The notes under the pieces: generated by a model
The model's input: the letters and a program-made list of their open reading frames with translations, nothing else
What the model was told of the DNA's origin: nothing
The model's database searches: none
DNA from: Fistulifera solaris
Taxonomy: Eukaryota
NCBI GenBank assembly: GCA_030295235.1
Contig: AP026127.1
Span: forward strand, 620,001-684,000
Direction: 5' to 3'
DNA length: 64,000 nt
Position numbers and translations under genes: made by a program
Shown: piece by piece, positions 36,400 through 51,503 of the stretch
Position numbering within the stretch: position 1 is the first letter of the stretch
Layout of the letters: every line of letters starts with the position of its first letter

Positions 36400-37278
36400 A
36401 ATAATACTCCGTACTAAATAAGAATGATTCTTTTCTATGAAAAGCTTGATTAGAGAAGGATCGTAAAGGATTGTTACAGATCATGATACTTTGTAGCCTG
36501 TTTCATGACCCTGCCATGATGCTTTGATCGATACACTAATCAAAACCCCATAGTCACTATCAGCTGTGCTGATATGGGCCCCTAAAGGTGTTTATTCATC
36601 CTTTGAAAATTTACTAAGCAACATCACACCCTCTATCTCTTACTGGCCGTTATTTCAAGCTGAGATTTGCAAAGGTTTGCTTTACTTCTAGGGGTAACAT
36701 GCACCGCGGAGCCAGCAGACAACGAACAATGTTTCATATCGTATTACTTATCGGATTTCTCTCAGCATCGAATTCAAGTAACAGGCACAAAGAACTTCAT
36801 ATGAAGTGACCGTCGAGTGTTTAGACTTCAATAGTTTACAATGACTTAGGCTTCTCGTTTTAGATCCTCTAGCGAGTCAGATCCGTGACCCGTCTTCTCG
36901 CGTGGTCTGTGCTGCGTACCGTAGACGAGTTTTTGCGCCTTTTTATTGCCGCACAAAGGCATACGTCAGATCCACTCAACTGTTTCACGTGGAAGAAAGA
37001 CACACACGACAAAAGAAAATGGCAGGACGCGCCGACCATCAACGTTGAAGTTTCCAACACGCCCTTTTCATTGCTTATAACTTGTGATCAGCCATTCTTT
37101 GGCACCTCTTTGCAAGAAGTTAGAGGTAGACTATCAGCAATACAATCTACTACATTTGAGGTGGTCATAGTAAAGAGTTTGCAGCTCAACACTTGTCAAG
37201 TCGCCATCGAGAATAGAGTGACACCTGAGAGAGCCATCACAACATCTCCATAGACACAAGAGATCACAATCCACTAAA

Positions 37279-40114
<2,836 letters not shown>

Positions 40115-40472
40115 AAATAAAACCGGTGAAATTTGATTATACTAATAACAGTTACTCAGTAAGCTTATCTACGTCGGTAAACTGGTCTACTCTAGAGTTA
40201 CCATACCTTAGGTACAGCTTTCGTCAAAGGCAGAACTTGCGGAGATATAAGGAGATAAAGCGATCAACACGCAAACATATTTTGGAGGATCCCCTTGGAT
40301 CGAGTGTCGTCATCAGTTTGTAACGATGCGACTTTCTGGAAAAAGATTCGCTGCGACGTCGATTTTCAATTTCACCGAAAAAATATCATTTGCAACGGAC
40401 CTCTTTCGATTTACTTTCATTCTTTTGAAGCCCTGTTGCTTAAGCACGTTAACTATTCAAAAGATCTTCACC

Positions 40473-42167
40473 ATGGCGGCTCTCGAACCTTGGCTTATCG
40501 CTATTTGCGTACTGGGAGGATCCGTGTTCCTCTATTTGATTTTAAAAGTGTGCCTGACTTCGTGGGCAGCGAACGAGTACGTCCGCATCAAGAATAGTTT
40601 GATTTCTTCGTGTGATATCGATGCTTTCGTCGGTCCCAAGAATCCGGTTAGTCCTTTGAAGGTTGTTCTAGCTCATAAGTTTCAGTTGGGCAGTCGACAA
40701 CCATCGCAAGACGCAATTCCCCTCGAACTCGTCGATTCGCTGCACGTGCCGGTACGTAGAAAAAATAAACGCTGAGAAGTTCGCATTATTTAAAAAAAAG
40801 CTCAATGCTATTTTATTGAACATATTAAGGGTCTGAAAGTTAGTCGCAAAGCCGGATCACCAAAGGGCGATAACGATGGAAAGGTTATGCTCCTGGACGA
40901 GTTTCTCGCGGAACACAGCAAGAGCGACAAGAAACCAATCGTTATTGCTACGATTCGAATGGGCTTTGGTCATCATCGCATCGCCTACTCGGCGGCGTCT
41001 TGGGCAATTAAGAATGGACATCCGACGATTTTTCACGATCTCCTCAACATTCACTCTGCCGAAGCGGACCTTATCAAAGAAACGGACGAACTCTACAGCA
41101 AGTTTTCGCGATATGCTTCTGAATTAGGAGGACCAATCGAGAAACTTTGGGGAAGTGCTATGCTTTCTGGTAACGCTGATGCTCTACGAATTGCTTCCTT
41201 GACGGCTGCTCATTTGCAGCCGCTGCTTCTAAGCTACCCAAAAGATGTGCTCATGATTACCTCCCATCAATTAACGGCACTCACTGCATCCGCCGCAGGT
41301 TTCACCAATGTGCACAACTTAGTGGTAGACAATCATCCGCAATGGTTCTTGACTGTACCTAACACTATGAACTTATGTCAAGGTCCGGTTAACTATCAAA
41401 GTTTCCTGAAGATGGGAGTCAAGCCGAGTGAATTGGCGTGCGCAGGACATTGGTGTCCAGCTGACATGGTCGATAACATCAACGAAGATTGCCAACGTCG
41501 TATTCAGAGAGCTCAAGCACGTGTGCAGAATGCAACTAAAAAGCCGTTGCGAATTCTCATTCCTGTGGGTGGAGCAGGAGCTCAGCGCAAGTTTATTGTG
41601 AGCTTTATCAAGGTTCTGTCACCGTATGTCAAGAAGGGCAAGATTCAGTTGTTCTTGAATGCTGGTGATCATGTGCACATGAAGCAGGCTTTTCTGGAAG
41701 TGTTAGATCAATGTGGGTTGGAGTTCGACACGGTAAACGATACTGCGGGAGTCTTCGCTTTCCAGAAAAAGATGTTGGATCCCAACAATGAGCCCGCGAA
41801 GGGCATTACGTTGTTCTCGTTCGAGGAATATTTCCCGGCCGTCGCAACTACCGACATTTTGTGTCGTGTTACGGACTTACTCTCTTGCAAGCCATCTGAG
41901 ATGGCCTTTTACTGCGTTCCCAAGCTTCACATTCGTCGCGTGGGAGACCATGAAGCGGATTCGGCGTGCCGCTCTTCGGAGTTGGGCGATGGTACTGTGG
42001 AAGCCCGTGAGCTTGAGGATGCCCGCGAGTTTATTGACTTGTTCTTGGACACACCGGACCTGATTACGAGCATGAATCAAAGTATCATGGATAACAACAA
42101 GAATGGTATCTACAGCGGTTGCAAGAACGCCGTGACAATGGCAGCTGCTATCAAGAAAAACAATTAA
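40473..42167 (+). CDS. Membrane-anchored GT-B-type glycosyltransferase-like protein (MGDG-synthase/MurG-like motifs); intron at about 40752-40829
   Basis: N-terminal TM. ATIRMGFGHHRIAYS, ILIPVGGAGAQ, DLLSCKPSE, RRVGDHEA. Confidence 0.65.
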
Positions 42168-42269
42168 TTAAATAGTCCTTTTACTTTACATTTTAACATG
42201 TTCCTGATTTAAACTTGATATTGATTTGCAGTGCGCAGCGAATTCTAGCCCATCAAAACGAAAGAATTT

Positions 42270-44309
42270 CTACCAGTCACCACCGCCAGCAAGTACATCT
42301 TTATGACTACCAGCTACACGACGTGCGTCTTTGTCAATCTTAGGACAGTCAACGATTGTATGACCTAGACCTCCACAGAAAGAACAACCGGCTCCTCCGT
42401 TCTTGTCGCGTGGATCTTCCAAAATTTCCAATACTGGTGGAATTCTTTGCTTTGCTTCTCTCAGCAGTGCCTTTAAGTCCAAGAGGGTTGTCTCTTCGCA
42501 AGTCTTGTTGATAAAAGTAGTTGCCACACCTGTTTTCCCTGCTCGTCCAGTACGACCGATGCGATGCACATAATTTTCAATTTCGGCGGGCATATCAAAA
42601 TTGATTACGTGCTGGATAGCAGGGAAATCTAAACCTTTCGCAGCAACGTCCGTTGCTATGAGCACATCCTTCTTCCCTTCTTTAAACAGCTTGATGGCTT
42701 CGTTACGTTCTTCCTGATCTTTTCCACCATGAATGCTAACGGCTTCGACACCTTTCAAAAGCAAGTACTCATGTATATCGTCTGCTGCACCCTTTCTCTC
42801 GCAGAATATTATGACAGGCGGCGCCGTCTTTTGCAAGCAATGCAATAAGTATACAATCTTAGCCTCGTCCTTGACATATTCGACTTCCTGAATTACATCA
42901 AGATTTGCTGCTCCAGCGCGCCCAACGTTGACTACAATCGGCTTGACCAGAGTTTGTCTTGCAAAATCTTGAAACTTTTTGGGAAATGTGGCTGAGAAGA
43001 GGAGAGTCTGCTTTTGATTGGGGAAGAAGTTCATAATTTCACCGACTTCTTCGTCGAATCCCATGTCAAGCATTCGATCGGCTTCGTCCAAGCAAACATA
43101 TCGACAAATGGTCAAATGCATAGCACGTCGTTTCAATATGTCTCGCAACCTTCCCGGTGTCGCAACAATCCCATGCACTCCTTGCTGTTGAACGACCTTT
43201 ACCTGGTCACGAACCGATTCACCTCCAATAAGGAGTTGAGTACGCAATTCAGGGTATCCTGGAGTCGAGCTGATTTTCTGGCAAAAATCGCTCACCAAAT
43301 CGAAGGTTTGGCGCGCTAATTCGCGAGAAGGAGCGAGGATAATACCAACGGGCCCCTCACCTGCAATAAGTGGCATTCGCAACTCCTCCTCCAAAGATGC
43401 CATGACCAGCGGTAGAGAGAAAGCCAGAGTTTTACCGGAACCCGTGAAAGCAATTCCAATCATATCGCGGCCAGCCAAAGCAACCGGTAGTCCTTGAATC
43501 TGGATAGGAGTTGGTCGCAGAATGCCTTTTTCGTGTAAACAATCCATGACGGGCTTAGGAAATTTCATATCAACAAATCGCTTCAAAGGCGGGGGGATAT
43601 CACTGCCCTGTATTTGCATGTGCCATTCTTTTCGGATCTTATCCCAGCTCTCCTCTCCTTGCTCCATGATATATCTGGGCGGTCGCCAAGAAGTTGGCAT
43701 CGGGTCCTTGTACACAACTCCATGTGCCACGTCCCGAGCGGCTTGTAACGCGTTCGTCTGCACTTGCGAAGCCTCACGTAAAATCCGAGCTTCTTCTTCG
43801 TCACGTGCTAATTCGGCTCTGTCCGAGGCCGTCATCGATTTCTGCAAAGCAGCTGCCTTATCCAGGAGCGATTCTACGTTGGCAGCGTCTGGGCCTTCAT
43901 CTGATTCATTTTCGTCGCTTTGTAACTCGTTCTTTTTATCATCATCATATTTATCGCGATTGCTCGGATTTTCATCCTCGCCATGACCGTTGCCGGTATC
44001 CGTTAAGCGGGGAATAGACCCCGCTAAATTCATTGCTTCTAGGGCCTGTTTCCTTCTTTGTGCCAATACCTTTCTTCTTTGCGTTTTGTCTTCTTCACCT
44101 AATCCATCGTCAGCAATATCCTGCAATAAAATGCGCTCTTGCTCGATTCGTCGCCGTTTCGCTGCTGTCATAACCTCGCCGGCATCCGCTGTTACGAGAT
44201 CGTTGGACGAAGAGTGTGTTTTTTCGGTTTGCCTTCGTCGCGCTTCGCGTTTCTTTTTCCATTCTTCTAGTTGCTTTTGCTTCTCGTCGTCGACTTCCTC
44301 AGTTTCCAT
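42270..44309 (-). CDS. DDX41: DEAD-box RNA helicase DDX41/abstrakt
   Basis: PTPIQIQG, AFTGSGKT, PSRELARQ, LDEADRM, SAT, HRIGRTGR. C-terminal knuckle CSFCGGLGHTIVDC. Confidence 0.95.
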   Translation of the reverse strand: METEEVDDEKQKQLEEWKKKREARRRQTEKTHSSSNDLVTADAGEVMTAAKRRRIEQERILLQDIADDGLGEEDKTQRRKVLAQRRKQALEAMNLAGSIPRLTDTGNGHGEDENPSNRDKYDDDKKNELQSDENESDEGPDAANVESLLDKAAALQKSMTASDRAELARDEEEARILREASQVQTNALQAARDVAHGVVYKDPMPTSWRPPRYIMEQGEESWDKIRKEWHMQIQGSDIPPPLKRFVDMKFPKPVMDCLHEKGILRPTPIQIQGLPVALAGRDMIGIAFTGSGKTLAFSLPLVMASLEEELRMPLIAGEGPVGIILAPSRELARQTFDLVSDFCQKISSTPGYPELRTQLLIGGESVRDQVKVVQQQGVHGIVATPGRLRDILKRRAMHLTICRYVCLDEADRMLDMGFDEEVGEIMNFFPNQKQTLLFSATFPKKFQDFARQTLVKPIVVNVGRAGAANLDVIQEVEYVKDEAKIVYLLHCLQKTAPPVIIFCERKGAADDIHEYLLLKGVEAVSIHGGKDQEERNEAIKLFKEGKKDVLIATDVAAKGLDFPAIQHVINFDMPAEIENYVHRIGRTGRAGKTGVATTFINKTCEETTLLDLKALLREAKQRIPPVLEILEDPRDKNGGAGCSFCGGLGHTIVDCPKIDKDARRVAGSHKDVLAGGGDW

Positions 44310-44436
44310 TATGCTTTATAATTTTAGAAAGAAACCTTGTCGAAGGAATGATGTGAATGACAAATATAATAATGCGCACATAGTCACACCCGTTTTATCA
44401 TAATGCGGCGCGGCACTTTTATTCATTTATCGGGAT

Positions 44437-45180
44437 CGACACTTTGATTTTCCACTATGAAACGGAGTGTTAGTTTACGCCAGCCAAGACTGGATTGTAA
44501 AGTAGTCATGAACCGAACAACAAAGGGTTCCCTTTTGCGTTTTGCGTTTCGCGTCGCTCGCATCCGTCCATTGTCATTCAACTGCGAATATAATTATAAT
44601 TACGGGTAGTTAAAGTGGCAACAATGATGATTCTGAACTACTTGCTAAAAGTTTCTTTTATTTTCACGTCGAAAATCCGAGGACCGACACCTTGATTTTC
44701 CACTATGAAACGGAGTGTTAGTTTACGCCAGCCAAGACTGGATTGTAAAGTAGTCATGAACCGAACAACAAAGGGTTCCCTTTTGCGTTTCGCGTCTCTC
44801 GCATCCGTCCATTGTCATTCAACTGCGAATATCTATCTATTTATCTATCTATTTATAATAGCGCGCTGTGTCCGTGTGTGTGTGTGTGTGTCACGTAACG
44901 TAACGCTGGTCCCGGGTATCTGAATCACGGGTGTGACGCTATCCCCGGGGATCGAGCCCCCGCTTGCGGGAAGGGCGAGAACGAAAAAAGCCCTGCAGGG
45001 GCTAGACGCCGAAGGCGGCTAGTAATTATAATTACGGGTAGTAAAAGTCGCAACAATGATGATTCTGAACTACTTGCTAAAAGTTTCTTTTATATTCACG
45101 TCGAAAATACGAGGACCGAAACCTTGATTTTCCACTATGAAACGGAGTGTTAGTTTACGCCAGCCAAGACTGGATTGTAC
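44437..45180 (+). repeat. Tandem repeat of about 249 bp, about 2.3 copies (starts near 44437, 44686, 45118); copy 2 is interrupted by a Helitron
   Basis: TTGATTTTCCACTATGAAACGGAGTGTTAGTTTACGCCAGCCAAGACTGGATTGTA occurs three times. Copies 1 and 2 are near-identical apart from the insertion. Confidence 0.9.
44832..45022 (+). mobile_element. Non-autonomous Helitron (191 bp)
   Basis: Starts TC, ends CTAG after the hairpin CGCC-GAA-GGCG. Inserted between A and T with no TSD. The empty site GCGAATA|TAATTATAATTACGGG is at 44590/44591. Confidence 0.9.
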
Positions 45181-46078
45181 AGTAAACCTTACTACGAAAA
45201 CGTCGCCTTTTGACATCACAACAAAAGGCAATGTCGACTTCATTATAACATCCTTTGGTTGTCCTACTATACTAAATGAAATCAATAAGCAGGTGTCTTT
45301 TCTCTTTCAAAGCGGCCAAAGCAAAAATCAATTGTCAAAAAGTCATTTGTTGTCAATTCAGGAGGAGTTACGTAGCGTTCAATAATCCCTCACACTTTGT
45401 TGTGATTTTTGTAATGGTCGTATTTCGCTCAATTTTGGGCGTTGGAGACGTCCGGCATATCGTTCGATTCCGTTTTTTATTAAAAATGTTGTTCTATTTT
45501 CATTGTGTTTTATACGCTAGGAGACAAAACCGTGTTTTCAGTATCACGGTCAACAAAGATCATAACTATTTTACGAACGCTAGTCTACCTCAACTACTTG
45601 ACTTGTATTTCTCACTCAAGCATTGCGTGACAAGATGAACAACAATGGAACTTGACCGACTAACTTATTCTTCGGTGTCGATCGCTACCGGCAGCGTTCA
45701 GTATGCAGGACCGACCATTCATCTAGAAGTCTTTAGGCATAGAGCGCAGTGAGAAAGACAACTAGCTTCTCGAACAACGAAAACGTGGCGACAAAAAGGA
45801 TTTGACATGCATACAGAATTGGTATCATTGAATTGCATTTGCTGTTAAATCATAGATTCCAAAACGCCTATTAAAGCTCTTCGGCTGTACGCAGTTGATT
45901 TAAGCCTCAATTGCGAACTCTTGCTATTGTTGGTTTAGTGTGTTAGTGCTTTGGCTGTTCGGCAAACGCTAAAGATGTCATGCCAGATGATTCAAAGTTA
46001 TTGCTTTGAGGTAGATCAAACAATTATTGCTCCTGTTAACACTTTGGAGTCAAGCACTATGCCAATATGGTAGCCGAA

Positions 46079-46807
46079 TCATATAATCCCACGAGCCACA
46101 ATCAAAGGTCCGAACCTCGCGTGCGGGCTCAATTTTTCGAATTCACTTTCTCGAAACACAAATCGCACAGTTAACCCATCATTCTCGGGCAGATAAATAG
46201 CAGGATACACAGCTCCGCGAAACCTATTCACCGCTAGATCGTGCAGCGGCTCCCCGTTCAATAGAAATTGAACCATAGGCAAATCAGATTGCTGTACTGC
46301 AATTCCAACGACATCTCCGTCTTTCACTTTAATGCTTCTCATAAGTGAGGTACCTTTGGCATCAGCCGAATCTGGAGCGAACAAGATTCAGAGACAGCAT
46401 TGTCGACGAACATCTATTAAATATCCCTTTTTAAAAACTCACCTTGCTCTTCCATGGAACGGTAAAACTGCTGGTCTTTTTTTCGTTGCCACTCCAAAAC
46501 TCACTTCTTGTGACATGCCCGGGTCGTGTTGTATATGAGCCTCCCAATATGCGGCATCTTGCTCAACGGCAACACCGACTAATCCTAAGCCATAACCCGA
46601 CATCTTGTGCTGTGTGAGATGGTACCAACGAAATGATGAAAAGAATTTTAGCGCTCTTACCTTGCAATCATCTTGAACATCCACCGACGGAGCCGACATG
46701 ACGCGTGAAATGCTGAGCGACTTTATATTTGTAGCTTTCTGCTCTTTCATTTCGGTTTCGGACACCGCCGCCGAAGCGTCTTCGCAGCAGGAGCAACACG
46801 CTCCCAT
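46079..46807 (-). CDS. SPRYD7: SPRY-domain protein (SPRYD7-like), N-terminally acylated; 2 introns
   Basis: MGACCSCC myristoyl/palmitoyl motif. GLGLVGVAVEQDAAYWE, FGVAT, GDVVGIAVQQSDLPMVQFLLNG, RGAVYPAIY. Confidence 0.75.
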
Positions 46808-46989
46808 ATTTTGTGCCTATAGAATGAATACAAGAAGAGAAACCGACAAAAGATGTATCTTGGTTGAGATTAGAAATGATGCGCAACAAAATGAAAAGGC
46901 GATGTGCGTTTAACGCAATAAGGCGTGTCCCGGTTATTTGATACGGAGTACTACATTATTTGTTAGTGTACAATGCTTTTCACTTTTTG

Positions 46990-47200
46990 AGTCACGAGTC
47001 TGAAAGTGGGTCCAGTCTGTCCGTGCGTCCTCTGCGACCTTTTACAAGCACGCTGCGACACTAGCAAAACTACGGGTACCGTTCCGAAAAGTAAACTACT
47101 CTAAATACTACATCGACGTTTTTAGTACTTCACGCACCTAGTGTGTCCAAACCGTGCTTTTTGGCCAAAAATGCAAGGGCATAGCACAGGATTTTTTCGG
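46990..47200 (+). repeat. Dispersed repeat copy B (homologous to 14974-15190)
   Basis: Same block order as copy A. Spacing from AGTCACGAGT to CCAAAAATGCAAGGG is 175 nt here and 178 nt in copy A. Confidence 0.6.
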
Positions 47201-48678
47201 CCCATTTGCATTCACTTTCATTTCATGCCATTGAGCGACCTTTCGAAGGCATTTAACAAACTTCTTCTCAATTTCTTTTGCACTCAAGATGGAGATAGTC
47301 ACTTAGAGATGTCGACGTAAGATGGGACGAAAATTCGTTTCAGAAAGGGTTTTATCGCTATTACAATAGAATCCGTCTGTTCGATGATTTTCGTCTAGTC
47401 GGTCTTCTATCCTTGTTATCGGCTGTTTCGAAACGTAATTTACTGCGATAGCTACTAATACGAGGCCAGAAGGAGTTCAAGTGTACCATATGTTTCTCGC
47501 GCACTCGGGTTGTCGCGAATCTGGGTCGTCTACATGGCAAATCGACACCAGCACAATAGCGACGTCTTTGAAGCGATCTTCTTCAATGACAGGTCCGTCT
47601 TTTTCGTTTTCGAACGCCAAAATCGCGGAAGTCAGATTGTAACTGCATTCATGTAAGCGCTACCCAAATCAATCGAATAGATTGGCCTAACAGGATGAAA
47701 CGCGAAATTTGTTTGATCGGAGCAGAGTTTGAAAACAACAAAACACTTCATTCAATTCATAGTCCTATCGGTGACTTGCAACCGGTTTTAGGAAAATATA
47801 TCGTATTGACAAATGGATGCCACGAAGAGATTGTCATTACCAGGTACTGCACTATATTACTTGAAGTGATTGAGTTCGAGCTCTTTTATACGAGGAACAG
47901 CCTTTGGAGATGCGTTAGGAGCACGAAGAAAACAGGTCAGGTTGAACGTCAAATATGGTCTTTGCGTCGCAGGACTCCCTTATCATAGGTAGAGTTCAGC
48001 ATAGATCGAACACTTGATTCGAGGTGGTGCTGTTTTCGCTTGCAGTCTGACACTGAAAACTTACCTAGCACCCAACATGTTGCCTCAGCGCTGCAGTCTC
48101 TTGCTGCCGCATGGTGTCTTCCCGAAGCGTGGATATTTGGTACTTTTCTTCGTGTTACTGATCTCCTCCGACGGAGATTTCGCCCTGATTCAACCACGTT
48201 CCATGGAATATACGAGCACACCTTGCATCGATCCGGTTTCGTATGTATTACAAGGGAATTGTGTGTATAATTGGGAGGCATATGCTAGCTTTGGGAGCAA
48301 GCACTGAAATGAATGATTGTGAAGCAACAGACGAAGCATAGTGTATCAGCGTATGCAAAAACATATTTCCCGTTTCCGCGTACGCCTTTTCATTGATTAA
48401 CGACATGGGGACCCTTATGAGTTCATACGTTGGTGAATACGCTTTTCAATTCCTTTGGATCCTTCAAGCAAACCCAAACAAAAATCCAATGAAGAAAGTT
48501 CGTCTGAATCTACCGCTGCCCCTATCGCGAGGGGGCAATGGTGGCACCACTATTAGCATAGTGGATAGTAACGTAGCGATGCCAAAGATTAAAGAAGCAC
48601 AATTCAGGTATCGTCTACCGACAAGTTTTGCTGTTGAATACTCTAGTCAGTTGTAATGTAAAAATACAATTTCATTAG

Positions 48679-50243
48679 CTAAAGTCTAGAGATATCAGGC
48701 ATATCAACACTAGGGACTGGATCACATAGAACAGCCGTGACGGTGTCGGGTCGCCTCGGGTATTGTTTGTATCGGTGTTTGGATCCCGGTGGTTGCAGTA
48801 GCAAATACTGATAACGAAACTCAATCTGCTGTAAGTGTGCAATGAATCGACAGAGAGCTTTACCGAAGTGTCGCATGCGCCGGTCCCGATTCCTGGGCTC
48901 AAGCCGAGCCCAATCCGAGAACGCTCTTTCCCATCGTGCGGTTGGATATCGACTGGACATGTCTTGAATGTATGTTTCGCGATCGCCCAACACATATTTA
49001 TGCGGCACCGCATCTTTCTTGGAAGATAAATACGCCCATAAATCTATTTCGGTGCCATTGGTGAATGTTCCCGTCAAGTAAAGATTTTCTGCCGATTCGG
49101 AAACTTGACTAAACATAACCCAGTTTTGATTTAAACGCACCCCTTCGCCTATATCCCCTTTGTCATGCTGATGAATCCATCCGCGCATACCCATGAAGTT
49201 GTATATCATGTAGCCAAAGAAAAAGTATTGAATGAATCGAGAAACTGGATTCGGAGGAGGACGTGTCTTGGTTTTTAGAACACTGACAGAGTCCCCATCC
49301 GTTTTTTTGTACAGATCCGTTTCGGACGGCACGCCCCACAATGATGTCGGAATCCAAACCAATTGTGTCACAATACCGAGCCATTGCCAATTGGGTAGTC
49401 GAACCGTACAAAGCAGCCCCACATGTAGCGATGCAATTACTATCCCGTACCAATGCCGACGTTTACCACCCATCCACGCCAAGAACGGCAGAAAGAACTC
49501 AGTGATCATGGCTGATGCTGTCATAGCTCGAGTAATGGTAGCATTTTGTCGCAAATATTCAGTGAGCGCGTTGTGTCGTCGTGCAAAACAGCCATTCATG
49601 ACATAATGAACCGCGGAGAGATCGGGTGGCATCCACTGAGAATGCGTCCAATCAGCGATCGAGTCAAAGCGATCGAGAGTGCGATGCAGGACAGTCCCCC
49701 AGTACATAAATAGTATTTGCGTCGTCAATGCGAAGCACGCCAGTCGTGTCACTACGACGGAATGCGCTGGGCGCGATGAAGAAAGAAGCCGGCGATCGAT
49801 GCTCCAAACATCCGCCAAGGGCAAGAAGATGGACCAAAACAAGAGATGTCTGCAAAAGAGTCACTTCCATCATGATTGAGCATATTCCTATTTTGATAGG
49901 ATACGACCAGAAGAAACAGAGGCAGTTTTGTTGTCAAAGCTTGCAACGGAGTCGTCTGAAAGAATCCTATCGCAAACATTGCAGCCAATACAGCAGTAAT
50001 GCCAAATAACGTGTATTGCAACTGGGAGCTGCCCCGATAAAACCAAAATTGATGCAGCGGAGCCCCGTGAGGAGTATCGGTACGGGCAAGGAATGATGTC
50101 GGCTCATCGCTCGTGTACCAGGCAATGTCGAGTGGCCCCAGTGAAAGACGTGAACCGATATCATATAACAAGTAAACGCCCAAACCGATCCGGAATAGAG
50201 CCAGCGATCGTGCATCCAAGGAAATCGGACTGTCTTCTTTCAT
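48679..50243 (-). CDS. HTTM-domain (vitamin K-dependent carboxylase-like) membrane protein; apparent frameshift near 49850
   Basis: LDARSLALFRIGLG, SYQNRN..NHDGSD, FWSIFLPL..WSID, QILFMYW, RLNQNWVMF. Confidence 0.85.
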
Positions 50244-50505
50244 GGTGTGGTGTATGGCATATGTGAGATTGGGCTTTTCTTATACAGTATTTTCTTATAC
50301 AGTATAAGAATGATCGTGGCGATGATGCGAATGCGAAAAAATGCGATCTTTTTTCATTTTTCGTCCAGCTATTGGGCGTAGACTAGCAAACAAAATCTCT
50401 GTGTAACTGGTAAAGACGCGGAAAATGGAGTGCGATCGGAATAATATTAAGAAATATCCGGGTTTTCCTCAGTCGATAAATTTCCCTACGAGAAGCTACG
50501 TGAAA

Positions 50506-51503
50506 TGACCTTCATATTTTCACTATCATTCAAACAGTTGGTTGTACCATTACACGACTGGATTTCTGTCATGAGACTTCATCAGTCCCTGTAAGGTTAC
50601 ACGCAGCCTGCAGCGCGAATTTTTTTGTCTTTTTCGGGTTTGATTATAGTCTCATTATTACAGTAATACTCCGTAGATCTTAAGATAATTATGCTTTCAC
50701 CTTGGAATTTCGCGCAATTGCGATTTCCGCCGGCAAGGCTCTCGAATCCTGAACTTCATGTTTTTACTATCATGCAAACAGTTGGTTGTACCAATACACG
50801 ACTGGATTTCTGTCATGAGACTTCATCAATCCCTTTTATGTACACGCAGCCTGCAGCGCGATTTTTTTTGTCTTTTTCGGTTTGATTATAGTCTCATTAC
50901 CATTAAGAATCTGAAGCAAATCATGCTCTCACCTTGCAATTTCGCGCAATTGCGATTTCCGCCGGCAAGGCTCTCGAATCTTGACCTTCATGTTTTTACT
51001 ATGATGCAAACAGTTGGTTGTAACATTACACGACTGGATTTCTGTCATGAGACTTCATCAGTCCCTGTAAGGTTACACGCAGCCTGCAGCGCGAATTTTT
51101 TTTGTCTTTTTCGGGTTTGATTATAGTCTCATTATTACAGTAATAGATCTTAAGATAATTATGCATTATGCTCTCACCTTGCAATTTCGCGCAATTGCGG
51201 TTTCAGCCGGAAATGCTCTCGAATCCTGACCTTCATGTTTTTACTATAATACAAAGAGTTGGTTGTACCAATACACGACTGGATCTACAGGCAGCCTGCA
51301 GCGCAAATTTTTTTGTCTTTTTCGGGTTTGATTGTAGTCTCATTACAATAATAGATCTAGAGAGCTAATTATGCATTATGCTCTCACCTTGCAATTTCGC
51401 GCAATTGCGGTTTCAGGTTTCAGCCGGAAGCCGGAAATGTCTTCGAGTCCTGACCTTCTCTTTCACTATGCTTCAAACAGTTGGTTGTACCAGTTCACGA
51501 CTG
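50506..51503 (+). repeat. Tandem repeat, 224-245 bp unit, about 4.2 copies
   Basis: Unit starts TGA(C/A)CTTC...ACTAT...CAAANAGTTGGTTGTA at 50506, 50750, 50982, 51227 and 51451. Internal near-palindrome GCAATTTCGCGCAATTGC. Confidence 0.92.

Noticed and set aside
47300..48660. Short ORFs in the gene-poor interval after repeat copy B
   Set aside because: No recognisable domains or consistent frame. It may be decayed TE or gene sequence but I cannot support a call.
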